Shown: positions 29,914 through 39,246 of the stretch, piece by piece | Position numbering within the stretch: the first letter of the stretch is position 1 | How the letters are laid out: each line of letters begins with the position of its first letter | Origin: Candidatus Omnitrophota bacterium | Lineage (GTDB): Bacteria > Omnitrophota > Gorgyraeia > 2-01-FULL-45-10 | Assembly (NCBI GenBank): GCA_016935115.1 | Contig: JAFGRN010000002.1 | Coordinates: 3,748-67,747 of the forward strand | Reading direction: 5' to 3' | DNA: 64,000 nucleotides | The notes under the pieces: generated by a model | Databases searched by the model: none | What the model saw: the letters and a program-made list of their open reading frames with translations, nothing else | Told to the model about the DNA's origin: nothing | Position numbers and translations under genes: made by a program

Positions 29914-30794
29914 TTATCCAGCTCTTCATCTATGTAGGGCATGGGCCCGAGCATCTTCTCCGCTCTAGAAACATCCAGGGTCGTATTTTTAGGGCGCCGC
30001 GCGGTAAAACGCTCTTCATCTATGCTCTTCGGCGTTATTAGGGCCGGATCGAGCCCTAACCTTCTTGCGATACGGCATCCCAGGTCGTACTTGCTCACTC
30101 CGTCGCGGGCACCGAGATGCAGGCATCCTGTAAGTCCCGATCGGATCAGCCTCATGATAAATCCCGCATATGTCATTATATCGAGCGGCGCAAATATTAC
30201 ATCCGTAAACATGTTTATAGGAATCCCCGACCGTAAACTCCGCGCAACCCATTCCGCCAGCGAGTCTTCGCGCGTATGGCGGTGACCGATGATATTCGAC
30301 CGTAATATGAGATAATCTCCGGCGCTTTTCCTGACCTGCCGCTCACCCTCGAGCTTTGACATGGCATAATTATTTATCGGATTCGGCTTATCATCTTCAC
30401 TGTACATGCCCATGGCCCCGTCAAATACGGAGTCAGTCGATATATAGACAAACTTTATGTCCGGCGCTGCCGATTCGGCAAGGTACGCCGCCGAATCGGC
30501 ATTCACGGAGAGCGCCATTTCGTAGTTCTTTTCGCATATGTCAACATTCGTAAGGGCCGCGCAATGCACTATGACGTCCGGTTTAGTCCTGGTAACCATA
30601 TCCCGCACCGCTGATCTGTCGCAGATATCCACATTGAATGATTCCGCGGCATCCGTACTTTTAAGCGTTCTGGAGACGCTCATCGTATGATATTCTGTAT
30701 TCAGCATTCTGATCAGGGCGGCCCCCAGCATACCGGTACCTCCGACGATAAGCGCTCGGCCGCCCACTCTACGCAACCGCCTTCTGCTCGACAT
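29874..30794 (-). CDS. NAD(P)-dependent sugar reductase/epimerase (SDR, RmlD/FnlB-like)
   Basis: ALIVGGTGMLGAAL Rossmann motif at SDR size; overlaps neighbours on both sides. Confidence 0.55.
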   Translation of the reverse strand: MSSRRRLRRVGGRALIVGGTGMLGAALIRMLNTEYHTMSVSRTLKSTDAAESFNVDICDRSAVRDMVTRTKPDVIVHCAALTNVDICEKNYEMALSVNADSAAYLAESAAPDIKFVYISTDSVFDGAMGMYSEDDKPNPINNYAMSKLEGERQVRKSAGDYLILRSNIIGHRHTREDSLAEWVARSLRSGIPINMFTDVIFAPLDIMTYAGFIMRLIRSGLTGCLHLGARDGVSKYDLGCRIARRLGLDPALITPKSIDEERFTARRPKNTTLDVSRAEKMLGPMPYIDEELDKWCKEDKIWIAVG

Positions 30795-31494
30795 GCCGGT
30801 TTATCGCCACGAGATCGGGCCTATTCCTGAGCAGGGCAACGACGTCGCGCGATCGGATAAACTTAAGATGCCCCAGCGCCTTAAATATTTCGGACACGTG
30901 ACGAAGATCGTCGGCGGTATCGACGGTCACCCTGAAAGATGATGCATCGTCATCGCCGGCATATGCCTTTACAGGAAGGTTTTCGTATATGTACGGGGTT
31001 ACATGCTCCCGTTCACGCTTCTCTCCTGCTTTGTCATATGCCTCTTTGAGCGAATCCATACTGAAAACTTCAGCGTCAAACCCGCGGGGGTATGTCCTTG
31101 TAATGGTATTGGACATGTACGCTACATCATCAGCTGACAAAAAGGAGCGCACCATGTCATCGATCATATATGGATCCGATAGCGGACAGTCGGAAGTTAC
31201 CCGCACCACGGTATCCAACCTGTATTCTTTCGCCGCTTCGTAATATCGTGCCAGCACGTCGTCCTCATCGCCGCGATATACTGAAACGTCCTCATCCCGG
31301 GCGCATTTGACTATAACGTCATCGCGCCCGTTCCTGGTGGTAGCCACGATTATCACGTCCGCGGTCTCGCAGGCTTTCAATCGCCCGAGCAGAATGGCAA
31401 GCATGGGCTTATCCGCTATCTCCATCATCACCTTGCCGGGAAGCCTGCTCGAACCCATCCGCGCCTGCACAATGATACCGGTCCTTCCAGCCAT
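30769..31494 (-). CDS. CMP-nonulosonate cytidylyltransferase (PseF/SpsF-like)
   Basis: TGIIVQARMGSSRLPGKV N-terminus typical of the PseF/SpsF cytidylyltransferase family. Confidence 0.65.
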   Translation of the reverse strand: MAGRTGIIVQARMGSSRLPGKVMMEIADKPMLAILLGRLKACETADVIIVATTRNGRDDVIVKCARDEDVSVYRGDEDDVLARYYEAAKEYRLDTVVRVTSDCPLSDPYMIDDMVRSFLSADDVAYMSNTITRTYPRGFDAEVFSMDSLKEAYDKAGEKREREHVTPYIYENLPVKAYAGDDDASSFRVTVDTADDLRHVSEIFKALGHLKFIRSRDVVALLRNRPDLVAINRHVEQKAVA

Positions 31495-32472
31495 TTATCC
31501 GCCTCCGACAAGAGACTTAAGTTCGCTCACGGAAAGCCATTCACCGTTCGAATCGCTGGAATACCTGAACCCGTCGGGCACGCTCCTGCCGCGCTTGTAC
31601 TTCTTATCCGGATGGTAAAACGCGGGCCGGATTACATAATACCTCCCGAACTCCGTGGTATTACGGGAGTCGTCTTCGGAGATCATCACCTCGTGAAGCT
31701 TCTCGCCCGGCCGGATACCTATAGTCTTCAGGCGGCATCCGGGCGCGATAGCCCTGGCAAGATCCGTTATTGACATGCTAGGAATCTTCGGAACAAATAT
31801 CTCGCCGCCTTCCATGATCTTGAATTTATCGATAACAAACTTCACCGCCTCGTCAAGCGTGATCCAGAAACGTGTCATACGCGGATCCGTTATCGGCAGG
31901 ATGGCGGTCTTCTTCCTGGCAAGAAAGAACTCCACGACTCCGCCGCGGCTTCCCAGCACATTTCCGTACCGGACCACCGAGAACCGCACGCCGCCCTTTC
32001 TGGAATAGAAATTGCCGTCGACAAACAATTTATCTGAACAGAGCTTGGTCGCGCCGTACAGGTTAACGGGATTGCACGCCTTATCACTGCTTAAGGCTAT
32101 AACCTTCTTGACGCCGCATTCGATCGAGGTCTCGATAAGATTCATCGCGCCGATTATATTCGTCTTTATGGCCTCACCGGGGTTGTACTCCATTAGCGGC
32201 ACCTGTTTGAGCGCCGCAGCGTGAACCACATAGTCGACGCCACGGAGCGCCATCCGCAGGCGTTCGCGGTCCCTGACATCTCCTATAAAATACCGCATCA
32301 CTTCTTTATGCGCGGCGAATTGCTCCTGCATCTTGAACTGCTTAAATTCGTCGCGGCTATACACTATCAGTCGCTTCGGCATATGTTGCCGCAGAACAGC
32401 CTGTATAAAACATTTCCCGAATGACCCCGTACCGCCGGTAACCAGTATTACCTTTCCCCTGAATATGCCCAT
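31495..32472 (-). CDS. pseB: UDP-N-acetylglucosamine 4,6-dehydratase (inverting), PseB/FlaA1/CapD family
   Basis: KVILVTGGTGSFGK…FIGDVRD…LYGATK match PseB-type short CapD dehydratases; GGAGA lies upstream of the ATG. Confidence 0.7.
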   Translation of the reverse strand: MGIFRGKVILVTGGTGSFGKCFIQAVLRQHMPKRLIVYSRDEFKQFKMQEQFAAHKEVMRYFIGDVRDRERLRMALRGVDYVVHAAALKQVPLMEYNPGEAIKTNIIGAMNLIETSIECGVKKVIALSSDKACNPVNLYGATKLCSDKLFVDGNFYSRKGGVRFSVVRYGNVLGSRGGVVEFFLARKKTAILPITDPRMTRFWITLDEAVKFVIDKFKIMEGGEIFVPKIPSMSITDLARAIAPGCRLKTIGIRPGEKLHEVMISEDDSRNTTEFGRYYVIRPAFYHPDKKYKRGRSVPDGFRYSSDSNGEWLSVSELKSLVGGG

Positions 32473-32489
32473 TTTCTCCTCACAAGATT

Positions 32490-32984
32490 TTAAACGAATT
32501 TATCGACTAAAGTAAGCGCTGTTGTCGCAAACGACTTGAGCTCTTCTATCTTTTTAAGCCTGTCCTCAAATATCGTCTTGACCCTCTTCTCCTCTTCGGT
32601 TTCATTTGCGCCCTGGGCGCGGATCATGTCCTTGAACCCATCGACGATGTCGGAAGTTTCATCCAGCCTTCTCTTCATTACCTCTTTTATCTTCCTGAGC
32701 ATAAAACTCTTCACGTCCAGGTTGGCTTCGTAATAGTCCTTGCGCGAACCCTTGACCCAGACGCTGTTCACCGCTCCCCAATTTTCAAGCACACGTATGT
32801 TGACGCTTACATTGCCTTTGCTGACCTTAAGTTTTTCGACAATCTCATCGAGGGATAAGGGCTTATCGCTCAAGTACAGCACGGCATACAGCTGGGCAAT
32901 GAATCTGTTAAATCCGAAATTATCACACAATTTGCCTATTCTCTCTATGAATTTGTCCTGCGCAAGTTCAAGCTTACTATCCAT
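32490..32984 (-). CDS. GbsR/MarR-family winged-helix transcriptional regulator
   Basis: Small protein (164 aa) with an N-terminal wHTH-like region (…FIAQLYAVLYLSDKPLSLDEIVEKLKVSKGNVSVNIRVLENWGAV…). First gene downstream of a promoter/operator region, with GGAGA 6 nt before the ATG. Confidence 0.65.
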   Translation of the reverse strand: MDSKLELAQDKFIERIGKLCDNFGFNRFIAQLYAVLYLSDKPLSLDEIVEKLKVSKGNVSVNIRVLENWGAVNSVWVKGSRKDYYEANLDVKSFMLRKIKEVMKRRLDETSDIVDGFKDMIRAQGANETEEEKRVKTIFEDRLKKIEELKSFATTALTLVDKFV

Positions 32985-33007
32985 TTTTAATCTCCTATTT
33001 AGGAATG

Positions 33008-33055
33008 TTTAAAACGTTCTAAATGAACTTTACCATACCGGATAATATATGTCAA
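33008..33055 (-). promoter_or_regulatory. sigma70-like promoter (TTGACA, 17-nt spacer, TGGTAAAGT extended -10) with a 16-bp imperfect palindromic operator TTTAAAACGTTCTAAA immediately downstream
   Basis: On the minus strand, TTGACA corresponds to 33055-33050 and the 17-nt spacer to 33049-33033. The -10 TAAAGT (33032-33027) is preceded by TG. The palindrome TTTAnAACGTTnTAAA at 33023-33008 overlaps the probable +1 region. An identical 16-mer with the same architecture recurs at 47260-47275. Confidence 0.6.
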
Positions 33056-33108
33056 GCAGATTATTTTACTATCATAACACTATACCTATCAATCACTTAG
33101 TTATAAAA

Positions 33109-34479
33109 TTAGTATAATGAGCTCAGCTTTTCAAGATACGTATCAGACTTCGGATATGTTACCGGTCTTTGTATAAGAGCTGTTATCTCATTGAAGTAAT
33201 GGTCCAATACCTCATCCGGAAGCTTTGTGAAATTGATCGTTCGCTCAAAGAACAGGTTACCCAGGCTCTTGATAAATTCCCATTCATCCTTGATCTGGCC
33301 GTTATTTACACATTCCCTCCACAGACGGGTGCCCGGTGACGGCGTCAGGTATGACAACTTTCCCTTCTTCTCAAGGCCGTTTCTCTTTATGAAATCGATC
33401 ATGTCAATATAATCCTTCTCTGTATCCCATGGAAAGCCTACGATGAAATTTGCGGAAACGCCGATACCATATTTTCGCAGCAGCGCAAGCTTTCCCTCGA
33501 CATCCCTGATCCTTATACCCTTACTTACGCGATTCAAGGTCTCCTGGTTTACGGACTCGATGCCGGTTGCCACAACCGCAAGGCCGTTATCTCTGCCTAG
33601 CGAGCATATCTCCTCGTCTATGGCATCTATACGACATTGTCCTCTATATGTAAAGTTCATGCCCAACCGTTGTTTTTTCACTATAAAGTCCTTGTAAAGC
33701 GCTTTTATCTCCAGAAAATTCTCGTCGACAAAGTAGAATCTGTCGAGATCATGATTATTTATGATCCCTGCCATCTCATCCAGAATCATATCAGGGCTCT
33801 TTACGCCTATTCCCTGGACCAGCTTGTGACAGAACGAACAATTCCCTTTACAGCCACGGGATCCCATAATATCGAACGACTGATTAGTTTCTTTAAGGTA
33901 TTTTATATAAAATTCCATATCAAGCGACTCGTAGTTTGAGGCGGAAAGAGCTGTCAATTGATACATATTGTTGACACGCGCTCCGACGATCATCTTATCG
34001 GGTTTTATTCCGAAGATACTGCCATTGAGCCTGTAGAATATGCCCGGTATATTATCCGGACGGAAGTTTCCGGCCCAAATAGATCGTATGAACGCTGGAA
34101 AGGCCTTCTCTCCTTCGCCTACAAGGATATACGCGCACTTACAGTTATTGAGCAATAGTTCCGGCATCGAGGAAGGCAAAGCTCCGCCATAGATGATGAT
34201 ATGTTCCGGATTTATATCAAGCGCGATCCCGGCAAATTTTTCAACCTGGTTTATCTGGTCGTTCCCGGCCATTATATTAAAACCTATTATGGCCGGCTTC
34301 GACGGGATCCTTTCCCGGAAGACCCTTTCACGATCTGCCGTATCCACGGGAACGAGATCGATGGCGTCAAAGTCGATATTATGCAGTCTGAGGGTATTGG
34401 CGAGCACGGTCAGCCATATGGGCAGCTGTACCTGCACGCTCTTTCTCGATACGTTTACAATAAATACGTCGTATGGCAT
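33109..34479 (-). CDS. cobalamin-binding (class B) radical SAM enzyme
   Basis: SRGCKGNCSFCHK with a B12-binding-like N-terminus. The track start (34629) lies inside the upstream gene; the ATG at 34479 (MPYDVFIVNV…) sits 16 nt after the upstream stop. Confidence 0.75.
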   Translation of the reverse strand: MPYDVFIVNVSRKSVQVQLPIWLTVLANTLRLHNIDFDAIDLVPVDTADRERVFRERIPSKPAIIGFNIMAGNDQINQVEKFAGIALDINPEHIIIYGGALPSSMPELLLNNCKCAYILVGEGEKAFPAFIRSIWAGNFRPDNIPGIFYRLNGSIFGIKPDKMIVGARVNNMYQLTALSASNYESLDMEFYIKYLKETNQSFDIMGSRGCKGNCSFCHKLVQGIGVKSPDMILDEMAGIINNHDLDRFYFVDENFLEIKALYKDFIVKKQRLGMNFTYRGQCRIDAIDEEICSLGRDNGLAVVATGIESVNQETLNRVSKGIRIRDVEGKLALLRKYGIGVSANFIVGFPWDTEKDYIDMIDFIKRNGLEKKGKLSYLTPSPGTRLWRECVNNGQIKDEWEFIKSLGNLFFERTINFTKLPDEVLDHYFNEITALIQRPVTYPKSDTYLEKLSSLY

Positions 34480-34495
34480 AGTGTTGTCCCGTATA

Positions 34496-35983
34496 TTAAC
34501 AGCATGACGCGCTCCGCGAGGACAGGCCTGTAAGCCTTTCCTGAAACTGTTTTCTCGCGTCTTCCGCGCATATATCGTTACCCTCGGCAATCTGTATCTG
34601 CGGCCAGATGTCTTCCGGCAGGCGGACATAGAACTCGAACGTCCGGAGCAGCCCGTCTATCTCTCCGGATGTCATCTTAGACATACCGAAAGACGATGCC
34701 CTTGAGACCGGCGTGATCATGCCGCTTTCATCCCTCAGGCGCGGATGGAACCGGTTATATATTTCGGTCCCGGGATAAGGATATATGGCGTAAACGTTGA
34801 CGGCGGGAATATCTAGAGATTTATTCAACTCTATCGTCTCAAAAACATTCTCCCGGGTCTCGCCCGGCAGCCCTATCATATTGAAAGTAGTGACCCGTAT
34901 GTTCGCGCCCTTTAAAATATCCACGGCATGCCGGATCTGGTCATTCGACATCCTGCGATTTAGGATCTCGGCGCGGATACGCTCATTCCCCGATTCGAGC
35001 CCGATATTAGCCGCCACGCAACCCATGGAGACCAGCAGGTCGACCTTGCGCTTGCTTATCGTCTCGGGGCGTAATGAACAGGCAAATTTAATGCCGAGCG
35101 GCTTCAGTTCGCCCACAAGCGACGTCAGGAATTTTTCATCGAATAATGCCAGCGACTCGTCGTAAAAACGGAAGAAGTCCGCATTATATCGCTCCTTCAG
35201 GAAGCGGATCTGCCGGCCCGTAGTCTGCGGGGATTGGAACCGGAAATACCGGCCGCAGCCCCTGAACTTATCCCTGAAGGCCCAATTCAGGCAATATGTG
35301 CATCTCTCCGGACAGCCGCGCGACATAAGAAAACATCCCCCGGAATATACGGTGCCCTGGAACGGGCGGAAGAGATGGCGCTTGTCGAAGATGCCCCAGT
35401 CCATATCGGGCAGATTGTCGAGATTGACGAACGGGCGCAATTCATTGAAACGCGTACCGCGTTCCGTCTTATACCCCAGATTCCGGATACCGGTGATATC
35501 CTTTCCTTTTTCCATCGCTTCGCATAATTCGACCATGAACTCTTCCCCCTCACCGACGCAGATCATATCGATCTCCCTGAAGGACAGGGCATCTTCGGGG
35601 CAAATGGTCGGATGGATCCCCCCGGCAACCACGCGGCAGGACGGCTTCACTTTTTTGAGAAGATCAATTACAGCGTCAAAATAGCCGGTCAATACGGATA
35701 CCGCCACCAGGTCGGGCCGGAACCGCTGCAGTTTTTCCGCAAACGCATCCTCCAGCGAAAATACCGGATCATCGGCAGTCAGGTCCTCCAGTGTGTAGCG
35801 GGTCGGAAGCAATATTCTTGTGCCATAGGTCGGCGTGGTATCACGGACAGCCGTCTTTATGAACGTCCAGTCGAAAACGTCCACTTCGTGTCCGCGCTCT
35901 TTCAACAATGAGGACAAAGTGGCTATCCCCGTCGGAACTCCGTTCGAAAGATAGGCATTGGGATACATGAAAAGTATCTTCAT
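34496..35983 (-). CDS. cobalamin-binding (class B) radical SAM enzyme, 495 aa
   Basis: MKILFMYPNAY… B12-binding-like N-terminus and SRGCPERCTYC. Confidence 0.8.
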   Translation of the reverse strand: MKILFMYPNAYLSNGVPTGIATLSSLLKERGHEVDVFDWTFIKTAVRDTTPTYGTRILLPTRYTLEDLTADDPVFSLEDAFAEKLQRFRPDLVAVSVLTGYFDAVIDLLKKVKPSCRVVAGGIHPTICPEDALSFREIDMICVGEGEEFMVELCEAMEKGKDITGIRNLGYKTERGTRFNELRPFVNLDNLPDMDWGIFDKRHLFRPFQGTVYSGGCFLMSRGCPERCTYCLNWAFRDKFRGCGRYFRFQSPQTTGRQIRFLKERYNADFFRFYDESLALFDEKFLTSLVGELKPLGIKFACSLRPETISKRKVDLLVSMGCVAANIGLESGNERIRAEILNRRMSNDQIRHAVDILKGANIRVTTFNMIGLPGETRENVFETIELNKSLDIPAVNVYAIYPYPGTEIYNRFHPRLRDESGMITPVSRASSFGMSKMTSGEIDGLLRTFEFYVRLPEDIWPQIQIAEGNDICAEDARKQFQERLTGLSSRSASCC

Positions 35984-37176
35984 CTTAAGGCGCCTTTTTT
36001 ATCGGCTGCCATACCAGAATAGCAGTTCGTCTTCGGGTCGGTTATCGAGCGATATATCGGCATGAAATCGTCATGGTATGGGGACTGTGGATCGAGAAAG
36101 GCATGCAGTCCGATGCTGTCCCTGGAATATATCTTCGACTTCAAAAAACGGTGAAGCGGCATTATCGTCCGGCCGGTGATGCCATTGTTCCTTATAAAAT
36201 CTTTCGCCCGCTTCTTCATTGCCGGAATGCCGCCATTACGCCTATTCCGCGTCGAGATAAAAGCCGTGTTAATATAATCCTTAACGGCATCTCTGGCTAT
36301 CTCTCCGGCCCTCTCCTGTGAAATATTTTCTCTTCCGGCGATCTCTTGCGCAAAACAATCGGCCAGTTTCGTATACTTCTCGGTGGCCATTATCTCCTCG
36401 CTCGATTCATGCTTCGGGACTTCCTCTCCGGTTCCGTAAAGGAGCGCGGATCCCTGGTTATCATGGGCCTCCCGCGCCAGATATAGTTTATTGAGCATGC
36501 CCGACTTACCCTGGATGACAGACAGTCCGCTCAGGGCCAGCTCTCCCACATTAAGGTGAAGATTACGGGAACAACACCACATCAGGTTCCGCTTATATTC
36601 GTCCGTGCGGTGAATTGAGTAGGCGGTTGGCATGCAGTTTCTAAGATGATTTCGCAGCCTTTCGGATGGCTTGCTATCCTGAATAGACCTTTGCCCGTAA
36701 TAACTTATCCACCTGACTGCCGGGCCGTCCGGTGTCATGCCGGCGTTGAAGAGGCACGTCATTCCATGGACAACACTGTAGTCCCTATGCGCATCGAGGA
36801 ATTCGATGCCCTCATTCAGCGTGGACAGGACCATGAAATCATCGTCCGCCCAGAAGACGGTGTATGGCGTCGAGACCTTCTCCAGTCCGGACAATATCCT
36901 GTCCTGGAGAGTTGTTTTCGTATCGAACAGGGTGCGGATCGAGTGGTTTCTCTGCAGCATCGACAGCGGGATGTTCATATCATCCGGGGTGTCGCTGGAA
37001 TCCAGGATATGGACCCTAAAAGGAAACCCTACTGAATCCATGTATGAGATCACCCGCCTCAGCCTGGAATACCTGTTGCGTGTGGGCATCAGCACCGTCA
37101 GCTTATCGGACAATCCGCCGCCGGGGCTATGCATACACATCCTGTGCGGCTTCGCTGTAGAGGATCGTACAGTCAC
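35980..37176 (-). CDS. GT-A-fold (family-2-like) glycosyltransferase, putative
   Basis: LTVLMPTRNRYSRL resembles the GT2 N-terminal strand; a DxD-like ADDD is present. Confidence 0.5.
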   Translation of the reverse strand: MTVRSSTAKPHRMCMHSPGGGLSDKLTVLMPTRNRYSRLRRVISYMDSVGFPFRVHILDSSDTPDDMNIPLSMLQRNHSIRTLFDTKTTLQDRILSGLEKVSTPYTVFWADDDFMVLSTLNEGIEFLDAHRDYSVVHGMTCLFNAGMTPDGPAVRWISYYGQRSIQDSKPSERLRNHLRNCMPTAYSIHRTDEYKRNLMWCCSRNLHLNVGELALSGLSVIQGKSGMLNKLYLAREAHDNQGSALLYGTGEEVPKHESSEEIMATEKYTKLADCFAQEIAGRENISQERAGEIARDAVKDYINTAFISTRNRRNGGIPAMKKRAKDFIRNNGITGRTIMPLHRFLKSKIYSRDSIGLHAFLDPQSPYHDDFMPIYRSITDPKTNCYSGMAADKKGALR

Positions 37177-38092
37177 TGCAGATCTTCATCGACGTCTTCT
37201 TCCCCTTCTCATTTATCGCCCTGATCGCTGTTATCTTTTCGTTATTGAATATCTCTATCGGCGACGCGTCCCTGACATTACCGAGCGAATAGTTCGCATG
37301 GTGCAGGTCCGAACAGCACAACGGCACGGTGCCATCCCAGAGGATCATAAGCCGGTCGTAAACATGATGGCACGGCTTCGCGTCAATGGCCTGGTCTCTC
37401 GCGGCGATCCTATCCTGCGGATCACCGAGCTCGCCTCCCCACGTATGCGCCCCGTAACCGATTATAAGATCCTTCTTCTCCGAGGAGATCCGCGCCTTCC
37501 AGTACGCCCTGAAATCGTCCCACTCGGCCTTGTTGGATTCCTGCCGGATAAAGCGGAATACAAAACGGGTCTTATAATTTCCGGCATCCCTCTTCCTGAT
37601 GATACTTTCGGCATTGGCGACAATGGAGTCAAAATTGACGCCCTTGCGGATATTCTCATGCGTGCTCTTCCTGTAACCGTCGATGCTGAAGATGATCGTA
37701 TCTATGCCGCTCGACAGGAGAGCGTCCTGATGTTTTTCGTTCATAAGGTCCCCATTCGTCGCAATTGCGATACTCTGAAATCCCTCGCGCTTGGCGTACC
37801 TGATCTTTTCGAACAGGGTCTTGTCCAGCAATGGCTCTCCCAGGCCCCAGAGGTCGACCTTTTCGATCTGCGCGGCAAACGGCTTCAGATCGTCAATGAT
37901 TTTCCTGAATAGTTCCATGGACATCACGCCTTTTTTGCGTTTCGTAGGCATGTCGACGGGGCACATCACGCATTTCGCGTTACATCCGAAGACCACCTCT
38001 AATTGTATCCTCTTAGGAATTAAAATATTATTCCGCATCTTGGCCTCTATCTTTACAGGTAAAGCCGGCATTAAGCCTTTTACGTAATTCAT
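37127..38092 (-). CDS. radical SAM enzyme with SPASM/twitch domain
   Basis: GCNAKCVMCPV radical SAM motif and a C-terminal KPCHHV…VPLCCSDLHH region. Confidence 0.7.
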   Translation of the reverse strand: MNYVKGLMPALPVKIEAKMRNNILIPKRIQLEVVFGCNAKCVMCPVDMPTKRKKGVMSMELFRKIIDDLKPFAAQIEKVDLWGLGEPLLDKTLFEKIRYAKREGFQSIAIATNGDLMNEKHQDALLSSGIDTIIFSIDGYRKSTHENIRKGVNFDSIVANAESIIRKRDAGNYKTRFVFRFIRQESNKAEWDDFRAYWKARISSEKKDLIIGYGAHTWGGELGDPQDRIAARDQAIDAKPCHHVYDRLMILWDGTVPLCCSDLHHANYSLGNVRDASPIEIFNNEKITAIRAINEKGKKTSMKICSDCTILYSEAAQDVYA

Positions 38093-39230
38093 TCTTGGGT
38101 TTCTCTATCGCTTCCAGCGTCCTGATCACCTGTCCTCCCCTGTGCGCCAGTATATGGGGAAACCGGCGCAGATAGCCCATCACTTTTTCCACACGTTCGT
38201 CGATCTGCGCGGCGGAATAAAACGGCAGGCCCATCTTCTCTATCCTTGCGTGCTTCACCCGCTCGAAACCGTGCACCGCGACTTCGTCGAAGATCTCCGC
38301 GACGAATTCTACGGAACTTAAGTCTTCCTGCTCGGTTGCGGTCGGATACCCGATGATCAGATCCGTCCGCAGGATCAGGTCCCTGCGCGACACTCGCAGC
38401 TTCTTGAAGTACGGCTTTAATCCGGTGACCACCGGTTTTCTGTCCATCAGGGCAAGCACACGATTACTCGTCGATTGAATAAGGACCTGAAATTCCCTCA
38501 CCTTCTTATCCATAAGCAGCGGCCATAATTCATCACGATAGACGTGGACCCAGTCCGCATTTATCTGGGACAGGTGAATTTGAAAATCAAATTCGCCGAT
38601 TATCTTCTTCAGTAATTCGGGATAAGTCGTCCCGATATCGGTGCCATACGAGCCAGTATCGTTTCCGGCAAGGCATATGGTATGGACCTTCTTCTCGAGG
38701 TTCCTGATCTGGTAAAAGATGCTCTCGGGAGGAACGCTCTTTAGGTTTCCTATGCCCAGCTTATGCGGGCAGAACGGACAGTCGGACGAGCAACCCGTCT
38801 GCAGAAGGATGAACTGTTTCCCGGGATCGTAGAGCCTATGGTCCTCTTTGCCGCGAAACCCCGTAGCTTCTGGGATATCTTTAAGCGGCACCGCAGGATC
38901 CTCTATAAGGGCCTTTACATCCGTCCAGTTGAACGAAGGGATGACGCGGTTCGGAGAGAAGGGCCTGATACGTTTCATATTGATTCCCGGCAGGCATCCA
39001 AAAACCACCAGCTCGGCACCGGACTTCATCCCCGTCCTGGCGGCCTCGATAAAGCCGACAGCCTCGTCTTCAAGGCTTTTGAACGCTCCGCATGTGCCTA
39101 TGATCACGACATCCGCCTCACTCTGGTTCGTCGTGGGAACCATATCATTGGCCATCAGGTAATTGTTTATCCTGTTCAGGATAAGCTTGTACGGAGTGCA
39201 GACATTGTCTTTTATGTAGAACGATCTCAT
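38028..39230 (-). CDS. MiaB/RimO-family methylthiotransferase-like radical SAM enzyme lacking a TRAM domain
   Basis: The N-terminal MTTase domain has three Cys at the spacing seen in MiaB (NVCTPY / IGTCGAF / FGCLPG, about 36 and 32 residues apart), followed by the radical SAM motif GCSSDCPFC. I see no C-terminal TRAM-like segment. The start is set to the second ATG (39230), which removes overlap with the upstream gene. Confidence 0.65.
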   Translation of the reverse strand: MRSFYIKDNVCTPYKLILNRINNYLMANDMVPTTNQSEADVVIIGTCGAFKSLEDEAVGFIEAARTGMKSGAELVVFGCLPGINMKRIRPFSPNRVIPSFNWTDVKALIEDPAVPLKDIPEATGFRGKEDHRLYDPGKQFILLQTGCSSDCPFCPHKLGIGNLKSVPPESIFYQIRNLEKKVHTICLAGNDTGSYGTDIGTTYPELLKKIIGEFDFQIHLSQINADWVHVYRDELWPLLMDKKVREFQVLIQSTSNRVLALMDRKPVVTGLKPYFKKLRVSRRDLILRTDLIIGYPTATEQEDLSSVEFVAEIFDEVAVHGFERVKHARIEKMGLPFYSAAQIDERVEKVMGYLRRFPHILAHRGGQVIRTLEAIEKPKNELRKRLNAGFTCKDRGQDAE

Positions 39231-39246
39231 CTTCCCTTTCTCACTG

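Noticed and set aside
32473-32489. tttaaacgaattt-like AT-rich string between the regulator gene and pseB, considered as a third operator copy
   Set aside because: It matches only about half of the 16-mer, lacks the AACGTT core and is 17 bp of ribosome-binding spacer. Not a repeat of the operator.
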